In this document: piece by piece, positions 47,462 through 57,929 of the stretch
How positions within the stretch are numbered: the first letter of the stretch is position 1
Layout of the letters: every line of letters starts with the position of its first letter
Source of the DNA: a virus
DNA length: 64,000 nt
Virus record (IMG/VR): IMGVR_UViG_3300025101_002824
Coordinates: 1 to 64,000 of that record
Strand: one strand, 5' to 3'
Program-made: the position numbers and the translations under genes
The notes under the pieces: model-generated
Told to the model about the DNA's origin: nothing
Databases searched by the model: none
The model's input: the letters and a program-made list of their open reading frames with translations, nothing else

Positions 47462-47737
47462 ATGCAAAAAATTATTCCATTAGGTAACAAAGTATTAATT
47501 AAGTTACATGAAAAAAAAGAAACTTATGGTAACACTGGAATTTATATTCCTGATTCAGTACAAGAAGATCCAATGACAGGAACAGTAATGTCAGTTGGTG
47601 AAGATGTAAAAACAATGAAAGAAGGAGACAATGTTAGAATAAGTGAATTTGGTACTCCAATGAGTATTGAATCAGAAGGTAAAGAATGTTTATTATTTAA
47701 TCAGCAAGATATTGTTGCTAAAGTAGTTGATGTATAA
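47462..47737 (+). CDS. groES: Co-chaperonin GroES
   Basis: IIPLGNKVLIK...TGIYIPDS...GTVMSVG...GDNV...DIVA. Confidence 0.88.
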   Translation: MQKIIPLGNKVLIKLHEKKETYGNTGIYIPDSVQEDPMTGTVMSVGEDVKTMKEGDNVRISEFGTPMSIESEGKECLLFNQQDIVAKVVDV

Positions 47738-49919
47738 GGTTATACCTACATACAAGGACAATAAATGGTCTGAAACAAAATTTGAATCAATAGAGGATTT
47801 TAGATCTTTTATTGATTCTATTTTTAAAGAACCAGGTAAATATAATTTTGATAAAACTGCATTATTATTTAATGAACAAGCAGTTAATTTTAATAAAAAT
47901 GGTTTTTATTGTGATAAACCATTTAGATCTAAAGATTTTATACAATACTGGAATGACCAAAAAAATAAATGTAGAGAAGGTGTAATATATCATAGTAAAA
48001 ATGATACATGGTATATTACACGTGACTATTATATGTGGTTAAACTTTTTACCTATTTTTGATAAAGAAGAAAAAAAATATGGATTTGCTAAAGTAAGAGA
48101 TGCTCAGTATCATATGGCTTTATATGAAATTATGGCTGAAATTAATTATAAACATGTAGCTATTCTTAAAAAACGTCAGATTGCTTCTTCTTATTTTCAT
48201 ATGGCAAAAATTGTTAATCAATATTGGTTTGAAGAAGGATCAATATGTAAAATAGGTGCATCATTAAAAGATTATATTAATGATAAAGGTTCATGGAAAT
48301 TTTTAGATGAATATGCAACATTTCTTAATCAACATACTGCATGGTATAGACCAAACAATCCAGATAAAGTTCTTTTATGGGAACAAAAAATTGAAGTAAG
48401 AGTTAATAACAGAAAAACTCAAAGAGGTCTTAGATCTAAAATACAAGGTGCATCTTTTGAAAAGAATGCAACAACAGGTGTAGGTGGACCTTGTACTTAC
48501 TTCTTTCATGAGGAGGCTGGTATTGCACCAAAGATGGATCAAACGTATGAGTATATTAGACCAGCTATGACATCTGGTATGATAACAACTGGACAATTTA
48601 TTGCTGCAGGTTCAGTGGGTGATCTTGATCAATGTGAACCATTAAAGAAAATGATAATGCAACCTGAAGCCAATGGTATTTTAGGTGTAAAAACAGATCT
48701 TATTGATGATAAAGGTACCATAGGTATTGCTGGGTTATTTATACCAGAACAATGGTCTATGCCTCCTTTTATAGATAAATATGGCAACTCTTTAATTGAG
48801 GCATCTTTAAAAGCTATTTCAACAGAAAGACAAGAATGGAAAGATGAGTTAGATCCTGAACAGTATCAATTACGTATATCTCAAAAACCTACAAACATTG
48901 GAGAAGCATTTGCATATAGAAAAGCTTCTATATTTCCTCAAAGTTTTCTTACTAAACAGTTACAAAGAATAGAACGTAAAGAATATTCTTATGAGTTTAT
49001 TGAATTAGAAAGAGATGAGAAAGGAATTAAACCTATTAAATCAAATAGAGCACCTATATCTGAATTTCCTGTAAATAAAAAAAGAGAAGATAAAGGTGGT
49101 GTTCTTACTGTGTGGGAAAGACCTATAAAAAATCCAGATTTTGGAACTTATTACGCATCTATTGACCCTGTGTCAGAAGGTAAAACAACTACATCAGATT
49201 CTTTATGTAGTATTATTGTATATAAAAATCCTGTAGAAGTAACAAAAGAAACACCAGAAGGATTAGAAACTTTTATAGAAGGAGATAAAATAGTTGCAAC
49301 ATGGTGTGGTAGATATGATGACATAAGTAAAACACATGAACAACTAGAAAGAATTATTGAATGGTATAATGCATGGACTATTGTAGAAAATAATATATCA
49401 TTATTTATTCAATATATGATTTCAAAAAGAAAACAAAAATATTTAGTACCAAAATCACAAATGGTATTTCTTAAAGATCTTGGATCTAATAGTAATGTAT
49501 TTCAAGAATATGGTTGGAAAAATACAGGTACTTTATTTAAAAGTCATCTTATATCATATGCTATAGAATTTATAAGAGAATCAATAGATGAAGAACTTGA
49601 TGATAATGGTGAGGTATTAAATGTAAAGTTTGGTGTAGAAAGAATACCAGATAAAATGTTAATAACAGAAATGTTACAATACTATCCAGGATTAAACGTA
49701 GATAGACTTGTATCATTTGCTGCATTAGTAGCATTTGCAAAGATGCAACAAGCAAATAGAGGGTATGTTAAACGTAAAGAGAGAGATAAATCACTAGAAT
49801 CTTTGGATAATTCACAAAATTTGTATAAATTATCTATGAGACCTTTTAGTAATATAGGAAGGAAAAAAAATAATAACATACTTAAAAAAAGAAGAAATCC
49901 TTTTAAAAATATTAAGTAA
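47730..49919 (+). CDS. terL: Terminase large subunit
   Basis: LKKRQIASSY Walker A variant, FFHEEAG Walker B, YYASIDP nuclease, VENN. Confidence 0.88.
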   Translation: MYKVIPTYKDNKWSETKFESIEDFRSFIDSIFKEPGKYNFDKTALLFNEQAVNFNKNGFYCDKPFRSKDFIQYWNDQKNKCREGVIYHSKNDTWYITRDYYMWLNFLPIFDKEEKKYGFAKVRDAQYHMALYEIMAEINYKHVAILKKRQIASSYFHMAKIVNQYWFEEGSICKIGASLKDYINDKGSWKFLDEYATFLNQHTAWYRPNNPDKVLLWEQKIEVRVNNRKTQRGLRSKIQGASFEKNATTGVGGPCTYFFHEEAGIAPKMDQTYEYIRPAMTSGMITTGQFIAAGSVGDLDQCEPLKKMIMQPEANGILGVKTDLIDDKGTIGIAGLFIPEQWSMPPFIDKYGNSLIEASLKAISTERQEWKDELDPEQYQLRISQKPTNIGEAFAYRKASIFPQSFLTKQLQRIERKEYSYEFIELERDEKGIKPIKSNRAPISEFPVNKKREDKGGVLTVWERPIKNPDFGTYYASIDPVSEGKTTTSDSLCSIIVYKNPVEVTKETPEGLETFIEGDKIVATWCGRYDDISKTHEQLERIIEWYNAWTIVENNISLFIQYMISKRKQKYLVPKSQMVFLKDLGSNSNVFQEYGWKNTGTLFKSHLISYAIEFIRESIDEELDDNGEVLNVKFGVERIPDKMLITEMLQYYPGLNVDRLVSFAALVAFAKMQQANRGYVKRKERDKSLESLDNSQNLYKLSMRPFSNIGRKKNNNILKKRRNPFKNIK

Positions 49920-50035
49920 TGTATGATTGGGTAACTACAACAACAATAGATTGGGATTCTCCATATTCCCATATTCAATATATTTATGTATATGATTATG
50001 ATGATGTGGTTTATAATTCAAATGAAGAAAACTAA
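49919..50035 (+). CDS. 38-aa acidic/Tyr-rich micro-ORF between terL and portal
   Basis: TAATG-coupled; fills the gap. Confidence 0.4.
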   Translation: MYDWVTTTTIDWDSPYSHIQYIYVYDYDDVVYNSNEEN

Positions 50036-50038
50036 ATT

Positions 50039-52804
50039 ATGAAAGTATTAAGCGCAATGCAACTAAAAAATGGTGCTAAAGCAGATGGAAGACATGCTTC
50101 AGTATCATTAACACAACCACTACAATTTTTACCTGCTAAAGAAAAAGATGATAAGTGGGCTGCGTGGAATCTAGATTGGTTAGAAAAAAGAGGTCTTGAT
50201 TATCTTAGAGATAATGCAAGAAAAATATTAAAAAATTATAAACTTGCAAAAGGTATAATTGATAAAACAGATTATATTATTGAAGATGATAATGACTATA
50301 CAGATCTTATTAATATATTAACTAAAGAAGATCAAACAGCATTAGAGTTAAAATTTTATCCTATAATACCTAATGTAATTAATGTTCTTGTTGGTGAGTT
50401 TTCAAAAAGATATTCTAAAGTTCAGTTTAGAGCTGTTGATGATACGTCTTATAATGAGATGTTAGAACAAAAAAGAATACAAATAGAAGAATCACTATTA
50501 ACTGATGCAAGAAATCAGTTAATTATGAAAATGGTTCAACAAGGAGCTAATCCTGAATCAGAAGAGTTTCAACAAAATATTGCACCAGAAAAATTAAAAA
50601 CATTACCAGAAATACAAGATTTCTTTTCTAAAGATTATAGAAGTTTAATAGAAGAATGGGCACATCATCAATTAAATGTTGATGAAGAAAGATTTAAAAT
50701 GCAAGAACTTGAAGAAAGAGCATTTAAAGATATGCTTATTTGTGATAGAGAATTTTGGCATTTCCGTATGATGGAAGATGACTATGATGTAGAATTATGG
50801 AATCCAGCATTAACATTTTATCAAAAATCTCCTGACTCAAGATATATATCTGATTCTAATTTTGCAGGTAAATGTGATATGATGAGTGTAGCTGATGTTA
50901 TTGATGTATATGGATATTTAATGACTGAAGATCAACTTACATCATTAGAACGTATTTATCCAGCTGCTAATGCAATTTATTTAGATAATGGTATGCAAAA
51001 TGATGGTTCTTATTATGATGCTACTAGATCTCATGAATGGAATACACAAAGACCAGGTTTAGCATATAGAAAATTAGTTAGTAATAGTGACATGAATGCC
51101 AGTCAATATGGAGGTGATGTTGTACAAGCTATATTATCAGAAGGTGATGATATAATGACATGGGGTGATTATAACATGATGCGTGTTACAACATGTTATT
51201 GGAAGACACAAAGAAAAGTTGGTCATTTAACTAGAATTACAGAAGATGGTGCTTTAATGCAAGAAATAGTTGATGAAACATATAAAGTTACAGATAAACC
51301 TGTATATAATACTAAATTATTTAAACAAAAAACAAAAGAAAATTTAATTCAAGGTGAGCATATTGATTATTTTTGGATTAATGAAGTATGGGGTGGTATT
51401 AAAATTGGACCTAATGGACCTACATCATGGAGAAATGATACATCAGATGAATCTCCAATATATTTAGGTATTAATAAACAAAAGCCAGGAAGAATAGAAT
51501 ATCAATTCAAAGGTGATAATTCTTTATATGGATGTAAACTACCAATAGAAGGAAGAGTATTTTCTGATAGAAATACAAGATCTACATCACTTGTTGATTT
51601 AATGAAACCATATCAAATAGGTTATAATATGGTTAATAATCAAATAGCAGATATACTAGTAGATGAATTAGGTACTGTTATTATGTTTGATCAAAATGCT
51701 TTACCACGACACTCAATGGGTGAAGATTGGGGTAAGAATAATTTAGCAAAAGCTTATGTAGCAATGAAAGATTTTGGTATGATGCCATTAGATACTTCTA
51801 TTACTAATACAGAAAATGCTACTAATTTTAATCATTATCAAACATTAAACTTAGAACAAACAAATAGATTGATGTCAAGAATTCAATTAGCTAATCATTT
51901 TAAAGGTCAAGCATTTGAATCAATAGGTATTAATCCTCAAAGAATGGGAACTCCAATTGCACAACAAACAGCAACAGGTGTTACTCAAGCAATGAATCAA
52001 TCATATTCTCAAACAGAAATGTATTTTACACAGCATTCTGATCACTTAATGCCACGTGTACATCAAATGAGAACTGATTTATCTCAATATTATCATAGTA
52101 CTAATCCTTCTGTTAGATTAAGTTATATTACTTCTGAGGCAGAAAAAGTTAATTTTCAAATTAATGGTACTAAACTTTTACTTAGAGATTTTAATGTATT
52201 TTGTACTACAAAAACAAATCATAGACAAATACTTGATCAATTAAAACAAATGGCTTTAACTAATAATACTACTGGTGCATCTATATATGATCTTGGTAAT
52301 GTTATTAAAGCAACAAGTATAGCAGAAGTTACAGATGTGCTTAAAGATGCTGAGACTAAACAACAAACTCAACAACAGCAGCAAATGCAACAACAGCAAC
52401 AAATGGCTGAACAACAGCAACAAGCTGCAGCACAAGAAGCTGAAGCACAAAGACAGTTCCAAGCACAACAAGATGATAAAGATAGACAAAAAGATATTAC
52501 TGTTGCAGAAATTAGAGCTGCTGGTTATGGATCTATGCAAGATATAAATCAAAATCAACAGAGTGATTTCCAAGATGCAATGGAAGATATACGTAAAAGA
52601 GATGAGTATAGAGAACAAATGAACTTCAAACGTGAGCAAGCAACTACAAAAAATACTTTTGAAAAATCTAAATTACAAATTGAAAGAGAAAAACTTGCTA
52701 CTCAAAGACAAATAGCTGAAAAGAATTTAGCAATTGCACGTGAAAATAAAAACAAATATGATGTAGAAAAAACTACCAAACCATCTAAAAAAGATAAGAA
52801 ATAG
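50039..52804 (+). CDS. Portal protein
   Basis: 921 aa after TerL; YPII..VIN.L.GE, SLVDLMKPYQI.YN, GINPQRMG; Gln-rich coiled-coil barrel. Confidence 0.85.
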   Translation: MKVLSAMQLKNGAKADGRHASVSLTQPLQFLPAKEKDDKWAAWNLDWLEKRGLDYLRDNARKILKNYKLAKGIIDKTDYIIEDDNDYTDLINILTKEDQTALELKFYPIIPNVINVLVGEFSKRYSKVQFRAVDDTSYNEMLEQKRIQIEESLLTDARNQLIMKMVQQGANPESEEFQQNIAPEKLKTLPEIQDFFSKDYRSLIEEWAHHQLNVDEERFKMQELEERAFKDMLICDREFWHFRMMEDDYDVELWNPALTFYQKSPDSRYISDSNFAGKCDMMSVADVIDVYGYLMTEDQLTSLERIYPAANAIYLDNGMQNDGSYYDATRSHEWNTQRPGLAYRKLVSNSDMNASQYGGDVVQAILSEGDDIMTWGDYNMMRVTTCYWKTQRKVGHLTRITEDGALMQEIVDETYKVTDKPVYNTKLFKQKTKENLIQGEHIDYFWINEVWGGIKIGPNGPTSWRNDTSDESPIYLGINKQKPGRIEYQFKGDNSLYGCKLPIEGRVFSDRNTRSTSLVDLMKPYQIGYNMVNNQIADILVDELGTVIMFDQNALPRHSMGEDWGKNNLAKAYVAMKDFGMMPLDTSITNTENATNFNHYQTLNLEQTNRLMSRIQLANHFKGQAFESIGINPQRMGTPIAQQTATGVTQAMNQSYSQTEMYFTQHSDHLMPRVHQMRTDLSQYYHSTNPSVRLSYITSEAEKVNFQINGTKLLLRDFNVFCTTKTNHRQILDQLKQMALTNNTTGASIYDLGNVIKATSIAEVTDVLKDAETKQQTQQQQQMQQQQQMAEQQQQAAAQEAEAQRQFQAQQDDKDRQKDITVAEIRAAGYGSMQDINQNQQSDFQDAMEDIRKRDEYREQMNFKREQATTKNTFEKSKLQIEREKLATQRQIAEKNLAIARENKNKYDVEKTTKPSKKDKK

Positions 52805-52925
52805 TATACTTAGCTATATACTACAAAAAATCTTTCTTTTTTTTTAAATTTAAATGGTTTATGGTATAAAACTTTTGTATATTATATATGTAATAACCAG
52901 TAAATAATAATAAAACCATATAATT

Positions 52926-54224
52926 ATGTCAGAAAAAATGCAAGAAACGACAACAGTAAAAGAAGTAGATGTAAACTTGGATGAGATCTTTAACGGTGCT
53001 CCAGGAGCAGATTCTGTTGTTACTCCAGAAACAAAAAAACCTAATGTATTTTCAAAACCAGAAAAAGTTGATTTATCATTTTTAGATGGTAAAGAAGAAC
53101 CTAAAGCTGAAGAAATAAAAGAAGATACAAAAGAAGAAATTAAAGTTGAAGCTAAACAAGAAGAAGTTAAGACTGAAGTAAAAGAAACTACTACAGAAGA
53201 AAAAGTTTCTAAAGATGAGGTAGATGAAATACTTAATGAAGGTTTAGATTTAGCTGAAAAAGAAGATGAAAAATCTACAACATCAGGTAGAAGGAGAATG
53301 AGTGATATGACTGATGTCTTCAAAAAAATGATTGAAGATGAACAAATTATTCCTTTTGATGATGATAAAAATTTAGATGATTATACTGCAAAAGATTGGA
53401 AAGAGCTTATCCAAGCTAATATGGATGATAGAGCTAATAAAGTTAGAAAAGAAACACCAAAACAATTTTTTAATAGTTTACCACAAGAATTACAAGTTGC
53501 TGCAAAATATGTAGCTGACGGTGGCACAGATCTTAAAGGATTATTTGGTGCATTAGCTCAAGTAGAACAAGTGCGTGAACTTTCATTAGATAATGAAGAT
53601 GGTCAAGCTCATATTGTTAGAGAATATTTAACAGCTACAGGATATGGAAGTGCAGAAGATATTCAAGAAGAAATAGAAATTTGGAAAGATCTTGGTAAAC
53701 TTGAAAAACAAGCAAGCAAGTTTAAACCAAAATTAGATAAAATGCAAGAGCAAGTTGTAGCAAGAAAATTACAACAACAAGAACAAATGAAAGCTCAACA
53801 ACAAAAAGCATCAGAAAATTATATGGCCAATGTGTATGATACACTTAAAGATGGTAAAGTAGGTGATATGAAAGTTAATAAAAAGACTCAAGCTCTTTTA
53901 TATAACGGATTAGTTAATCCAGCTTACCCATCTATTAATGGCTCACAAACAAACTTATTAGGTCACTTATTAGAAAAGTATCAATTTGTAGAACCAAACT
54001 ATAATTTAGTTACAGAAGCATTATGGCTTTTAGCTGATCCAAAAGGATATAAAGATCAACTTATGTCTAAAGGAACAAATAAAGCAGTTGAACAAACAGT
54101 TAGAAAATTAAAAACTGCTCAGTCAACTAAAAAACATTCTAGCGGTGGAGTAACTTCAAATGAAAAGCCAAGTTCTAACAGACGTACTCTTCCAAGAAGT
54201 TCTAATATATTTAAAAGATTTTAA
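52926..54224 (+). CDS. Putative capsid scaffolding protein
   Basis: Acidic, helical, between portal and MCP. Confidence 0.65.
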   Translation: MSEKMQETTTVKEVDVNLDEIFNGAPGADSVVTPETKKPNVFSKPEKVDLSFLDGKEEPKAEEIKEDTKEEIKVEAKQEEVKTEVKETTTEEKVSKDEVDEILNEGLDLAEKEDEKSTTSGRRRMSDMTDVFKKMIEDEQIIPFDDDKNLDDYTAKDWKELIQANMDDRANKVRKETPKQFFNSLPQELQVAAKYVADGGTDLKGLFGALAQVEQVRELSLDNEDGQAHIVREYLTATGYGSAEDIQEEIEIWKDLGKLEKQASKFKPKLDKMQEQVVARKLQQQEQMKAQQQKASENYMANVYDTLKDGKVGDMKVNKKTQALLYNGLVNPAYPSINGSQTNLLGHLLEKYQFVEPNYNLVTEALWLLADPKGYKDQLMSKGTNKAVEQTVRKLKTAQSTKKHSSGGVTSNEKPSSNRRTLPRSSNIFKRF

Positions 54225-54266
54225 CATAGACAACAACAATAATTATTAATTTTAAAAAGTGAAAAA

Positions 54267-55892
54267 ATGGCAACACCGGTTTTAAACAATGGTCTCTTTC
54301 TAAGAGACACGTCTTACCAGGCTAGTTCTCATATTGATTCATATCACTTAACACAAATGCTTGGTGATGCAGAGCCAATGGACATGGGTCCAGTGGAACT
54401 GTGGGCTATGACGCAAAAGGTAGAAATGCCTTTGTATCAAATGGCATCGTTTGGTGGTAAGAACACAATTATGGTGGACAATGCTAGAGGTGAGTACAAA
54501 TGGCAAACACCTGTTTCTCAGTCTCTTCCTATGTCAATGGGCATAAGTGGATTAACTGATGGAGACGGGAAAGATGGTGAACCTTTCAAAATCAGACTTT
54601 CTAAAAGAGAGTTTGGTCATGGGGACATCATTACTTATGATAAGTACAATGGTCTTGAACTTTACATTACTGCAGATGACATTGTCCCTGTAGGAGATGG
54701 ATGGGTTTATACTTGTACTTTAGTTAATAACGCTACTGGCACAGGTATTGAAACAAAATACTTTGCTGCTGGTACTAAATTCTTCAGAAAAGGTTCTGCA
54801 AGGGGTGAATACGGAGAAAGATTCTCTGATATTCAAACAGGAGCAGGATTCAGAGAATTCTACAACTTTGTTGGAGGAGCTGAAGCACACGTACATTATT
54901 CAGTTTCATCACGTGCTGATCTTATGATCAAAGGTGGTATGAATGCTGATGGTACTGTACCTGTAACTGAAATTTGGAGAAACTTTGACAAAAACCTAGA
55001 TCCTTCTTTAGATTCTATTGAGTCAATTGCAGGAGCAATGGGTAAAGATTACATTAAAAAAGCATTTGATAATGGTTCTCTTTCTAGAACGTTCTTAACG
55101 TCTCTTGAAGCAGCACACCTTACTAAAATTGCTAATGACATTGAATGTTATTTAATGTGGGGTCATGGTGGTAGAGTTAGACAAGACGGTCCAGATGACA
55201 TCAGACTTTCTGTTGGTCTTTGGAAGCAGTTAGATAACTCTTTCAAACGTGTATACAACAAATCTGCATTTAGCTTAGATATGTTCAAAAATGAACTATA
55301 TAACTTCTATGCTGGTAAAGTAGAATTTGATGGTCCAGATCCAAAGAGACAATTAGTTGTTCAAACTGGAATTGGAGGTATGCAATTAGTAAATGAAGCT
55401 ATTAGAGTTGAAGCTAATGGAACTTCAGCAGGTTTAGGTGCTGTTACAAACTTAGATAACATTGGTGCTATTACTGGATCTGGTATGGATTTAGGGTATG
55501 GATATGCATACACTAGCTTTATCATTCCTTTCTTAGCTAATGTTAAATTTGTATTGAATCCAGCATTTGATAACTTAAATACTAATGACATTGAAAATCC
55601 ATTAGTAGATGGTCGTCCATTATCTTCTTACAGCTTCATCATCTTTGATGTAACTGATGAAGGAAATGACAACATCTTCTTATTAAAGCTTTCTTGGGAT
55701 AATGCTCTTAAGTGGTTCTACCAAAATGGTACTATGGACTACATGGGAAGAACTCAAGGATTTGCTTCTTCAGGACACTTCAATGGTTATCGTGTAATGA
55801 TGACACAAACCATGCCTTCTGTTTGGGTAAAAGACCCAACTAAGGTATTAAAGATTGTTATGAGAAACCCAGTAACTGGAGGATCATTCTAA
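54267..55892 (+). CDS. Major capsid protein (crAss-like)
   Basis: 541 aa after the scaffold; codon usage suggests high expression (TTC/AAC/TAC); strong terminator follows. Confidence 0.82.
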   Translation: MATPVLNNGLFLRDTSYQASSHIDSYHLTQMLGDAEPMDMGPVELWAMTQKVEMPLYQMASFGGKNTIMVDNARGEYKWQTPVSQSLPMSMGISGLTDGDGKDGEPFKIRLSKREFGHGDIITYDKYNGLELYITADDIVPVGDGWVYTCTLVNNATGTGIETKYFAAGTKFFRKGSARGEYGERFSDIQTGAGFREFYNFVGGAEAHVHYSVSSRADLMIKGGMNADGTVPVTEIWRNFDKNLDPSLDSIESIAGAMGKDYIKKAFDNGSLSRTFLTSLEAAHLTKIANDIECYLMWGHGGRVRQDGPDDIRLSVGLWKQLDNSFKRVYNKSAFSLDMFKNELYNFYAGKVEFDGPDPKRQLVVQTGIGGMQLVNEAIRVEANGTSAGLGAVTNLDNIGAITGSGMDLGYGYAYTSFIIPFLANVKFVLNPAFDNLNTNDIENPLVDGRPLSSYSFIIFDVTDEGNDNIFLLKLSWDNALKWFYQNGTMDYMGRTQGFASSGHFNGYRVMMTQTMPSVWVKDPTKVLKIVMRNPVTGGSF

Positions 55893-55906
55893 TCAATATA
55901 TATTAT

Positions 55907-55945
55907 GAAATGAGGGGGAGCCAAGTGCTCCTCCCTATTTCTTTT
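55907..55945 (+). terminator. Intrinsic terminator after MCP
   Basis: AGGGGGAGC-CAAGT-GCTCCTCCCT followed by ATTTCTTTT. Confidence 0.8.
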
Positions 55946-55979
55946 AAACCAAAATTAAAAACTGATTAAAACTATTAAA

Positions 55980-56993
55980 ATGGAAAATGTAACTATTACA
56001 GAAAAAACTAACGCTGTTAAAGACAGCACAATTGCTATTAGACCATTTTTTAATCCTGATATAGAAAATATGGGATTAGAAAAATATAATATGACATTGT
56101 ATGAAGGAGCTTTTCATAGTGAAAGTATTATATGTCTAGAAAGAAATGGAATACTAAGATATGTAACTGGTCTTAATGAATTTGCACCAGAAATAAAAAC
56201 ACTACCAGCAGATGAAAAAGCTGCAAAAGTAAAACAAATAAGAAAGCACGTTGTAGAATTAGAAAAAGAATTAGCAGCTAATGTTATTAGTGAAAATGAT
56301 CCAGAATTCTGGAGTAAAGTTCAAGTAGTTAGACCTGATAACAAAGCTTTTTGGAATAAAATAACAATTAAAGTAGGTAATGATCCTGTATTTATTGATC
56401 CTAAAGTTGATCCATATGATAGAATAAAACTTTTAGCTATTGAAGCAGGTGGATTTTCTTTAGTTGCTCCAAATTTAGAAACTGCAAAAAGAATTGGTAA
56501 ATATAAATTTTATTTAGATAAAGTAAAAGAAACTGCAGGAACAAGAACTAAAGATGCTAAAATTAGAAATAAAGCTCTTGGTATTTTAAGTGATTTATAT
56601 GATGAAGATAAAAATAAACTTATGCATATGATAAAATTGTTTACTTATAATAGTTCTCAGTTTACTGAATCAACTCCATTAGATATATTATATGAAGAAG
56701 CAGATTCTTATATTAATGGAGATGGAAGAGAATCAGATGTTAATTTAGCAGCTAAAAACTTTATTGATGCATCTAGAATGGATATGGAAGATTTAAGAAT
56801 TAACTCTATGGTTAAAGATGCTTTAGCTTTAAATATTTTAACTACAAGATCTGATGGTTATATACATCATAAAAAGACAAGTAGTAAAATAGCTACTACT
56901 AGACCTGGAGTTGTAGAATTTTTAAAGAATCCTGTTAATGATGAAATGTTAATGGATATTAAAAAACAAGTTGAATTAGTATTAGCTACATAA
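55980..56993 (+). CDS. Conserved head-module protein downstream of MCP
   Basis: 337 aa; synteny matches the crAss-like capsid block. Confidence 0.6.
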   Translation: MENVTITEKTNAVKDSTIAIRPFFNPDIENMGLEKYNMTLYEGAFHSESIICLERNGILRYVTGLNEFAPEIKTLPADEKAAKVKQIRKHVVELEKELAANVISENDPEFWSKVQVVRPDNKAFWNKITIKVGNDPVFIDPKVDPYDRIKLLAIEAGGFSLVAPNLETAKRIGKYKFYLDKVKETAGTRTKDAKIRNKALGILSDLYDEDKNKLMHMIKLFTYNSSQFTESTPLDILYEEADSYINGDGRESDVNLAAKNFIDASRMDMEDLRINSMVKDALALNILTTRSDGYIHHKKTSSKIATTRPGVVEFLKNPVNDEMLMDIKKQVELVLAT

Positions 56994-56996
56994 AAA

Positions 56997-57701
56997 ATGA
57001 ATATTACTACACTACAAATAAAATTTAGACAAAGGCTTAACAAGCTTGCAAGTAATGACTATGATAATATAGAATGTTGGCAAATTGTTGAATCTTTTAA
57101 TAAAGCTCAAATTGAATGGTGTAGAAAACAACTTCATGGTACAAATGCATATAGAGAAGGAGATGAAGCATCTAAAAGACGTATTGATGATCTTCAGATC
57201 CTTCTTACTACGCAACCTGTAACTGGTTCAATACAAGATGATTATCTTCTAGGAACTAATTTTCCAAATAATTATTTAGAATTTAAAAGGGTTGACACAG
57301 ACGCAACAACAGAATGCTGTAAAAAAGATCCTAGATCAATGACAGTTTATTTAGCTGAAGAAGCTAATGTTGATGTAATAATGCGTGATCCTTTAAAAAG
57401 ACCTGATTTTGAATGGGGTGAAACATTTTGCACATTAGCAAATAATACAATAAGGATATACAAAAGAGAATTTGATATTGTAAATCCTAGAATAACTTTT
57501 TATAGAAAACCTAGAAATATACAAATAGCAGGTTGTTCTGATCCATATTTAAATGTAATCTCTGCAGCAGATGTAGAGCCTGAATTTAAAGATGATATAG
57601 TTGAATTAATTATTGATGAAGCTTGTACAATTGTTGCAGGTGATATTAATGATGCAAACAATTATATAAGAGGATCACAATCAGCAGAAAAAAATAATTA
57701 A
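56997..57701 (+). CDS. Head-tail ring/adaptor-like protein (crAss-like)
   Basis: NKAQ...E....RIDDLQ.L...Y.RKP motif pattern. Confidence 0.6.
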   Translation: MNITTLQIKFRQRLNKLASNDYDNIECWQIVESFNKAQIEWCRKQLHGTNAYREGDEASKRRIDDLQILLTTQPVTGSIQDDYLLGTNFPNNYLEFKRVDTDATTECCKKDPRSMTVYLAEEANVDVIMRDPLKRPDFEWGETFCTLANNTIRIYKREFDIVNPRITFYRKPRNIQIAGCSDPYLNVISAADVEPEFKDDIVELIIDEACTIVAGDINDANNYIRGSQSAEKNN

Positions 57702-57703
57702 TT

Positions 57704-57811
57704 ATGAAAGCAAAGAAACCTAAAACAGCAAAAGTAATGGCTAAGTCAGTATATAAAAAAGGCGGTAGCACAAAAAAGAAGAAAAAAGTTAGTAAAAAGA
57801 AAAAATATTAA
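57704..57811 (+). CDS. 35-aa Lys-rich microprotein (not in ORF track)
   Basis: MKAKKPKTAKVMAKSVYKKGGSTKKKKKVSKKKKY (17 Lys). Confidence 0.65.
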   Translation: MKAKKPKTAKVMAKSVYKKGGSTKKKKKVSKKKKY

Positions 57812-57929
57812 GTATATTAATATAGAAGGGATAAGAGTTTAGGTTTGGGTACTTTTATCTTGGATTTAACAAACCCATTCTTTTTGTTATAAAAAAAGCC
57901 CTCTGAGTAAAGTAGGAGGCATTATAAAA

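Noticed and set aside
52350-52480. CAA/CAG-rich low-complexity tract
   Set aside because: Encodes the Gln-rich coiled coil of the portal C-terminus
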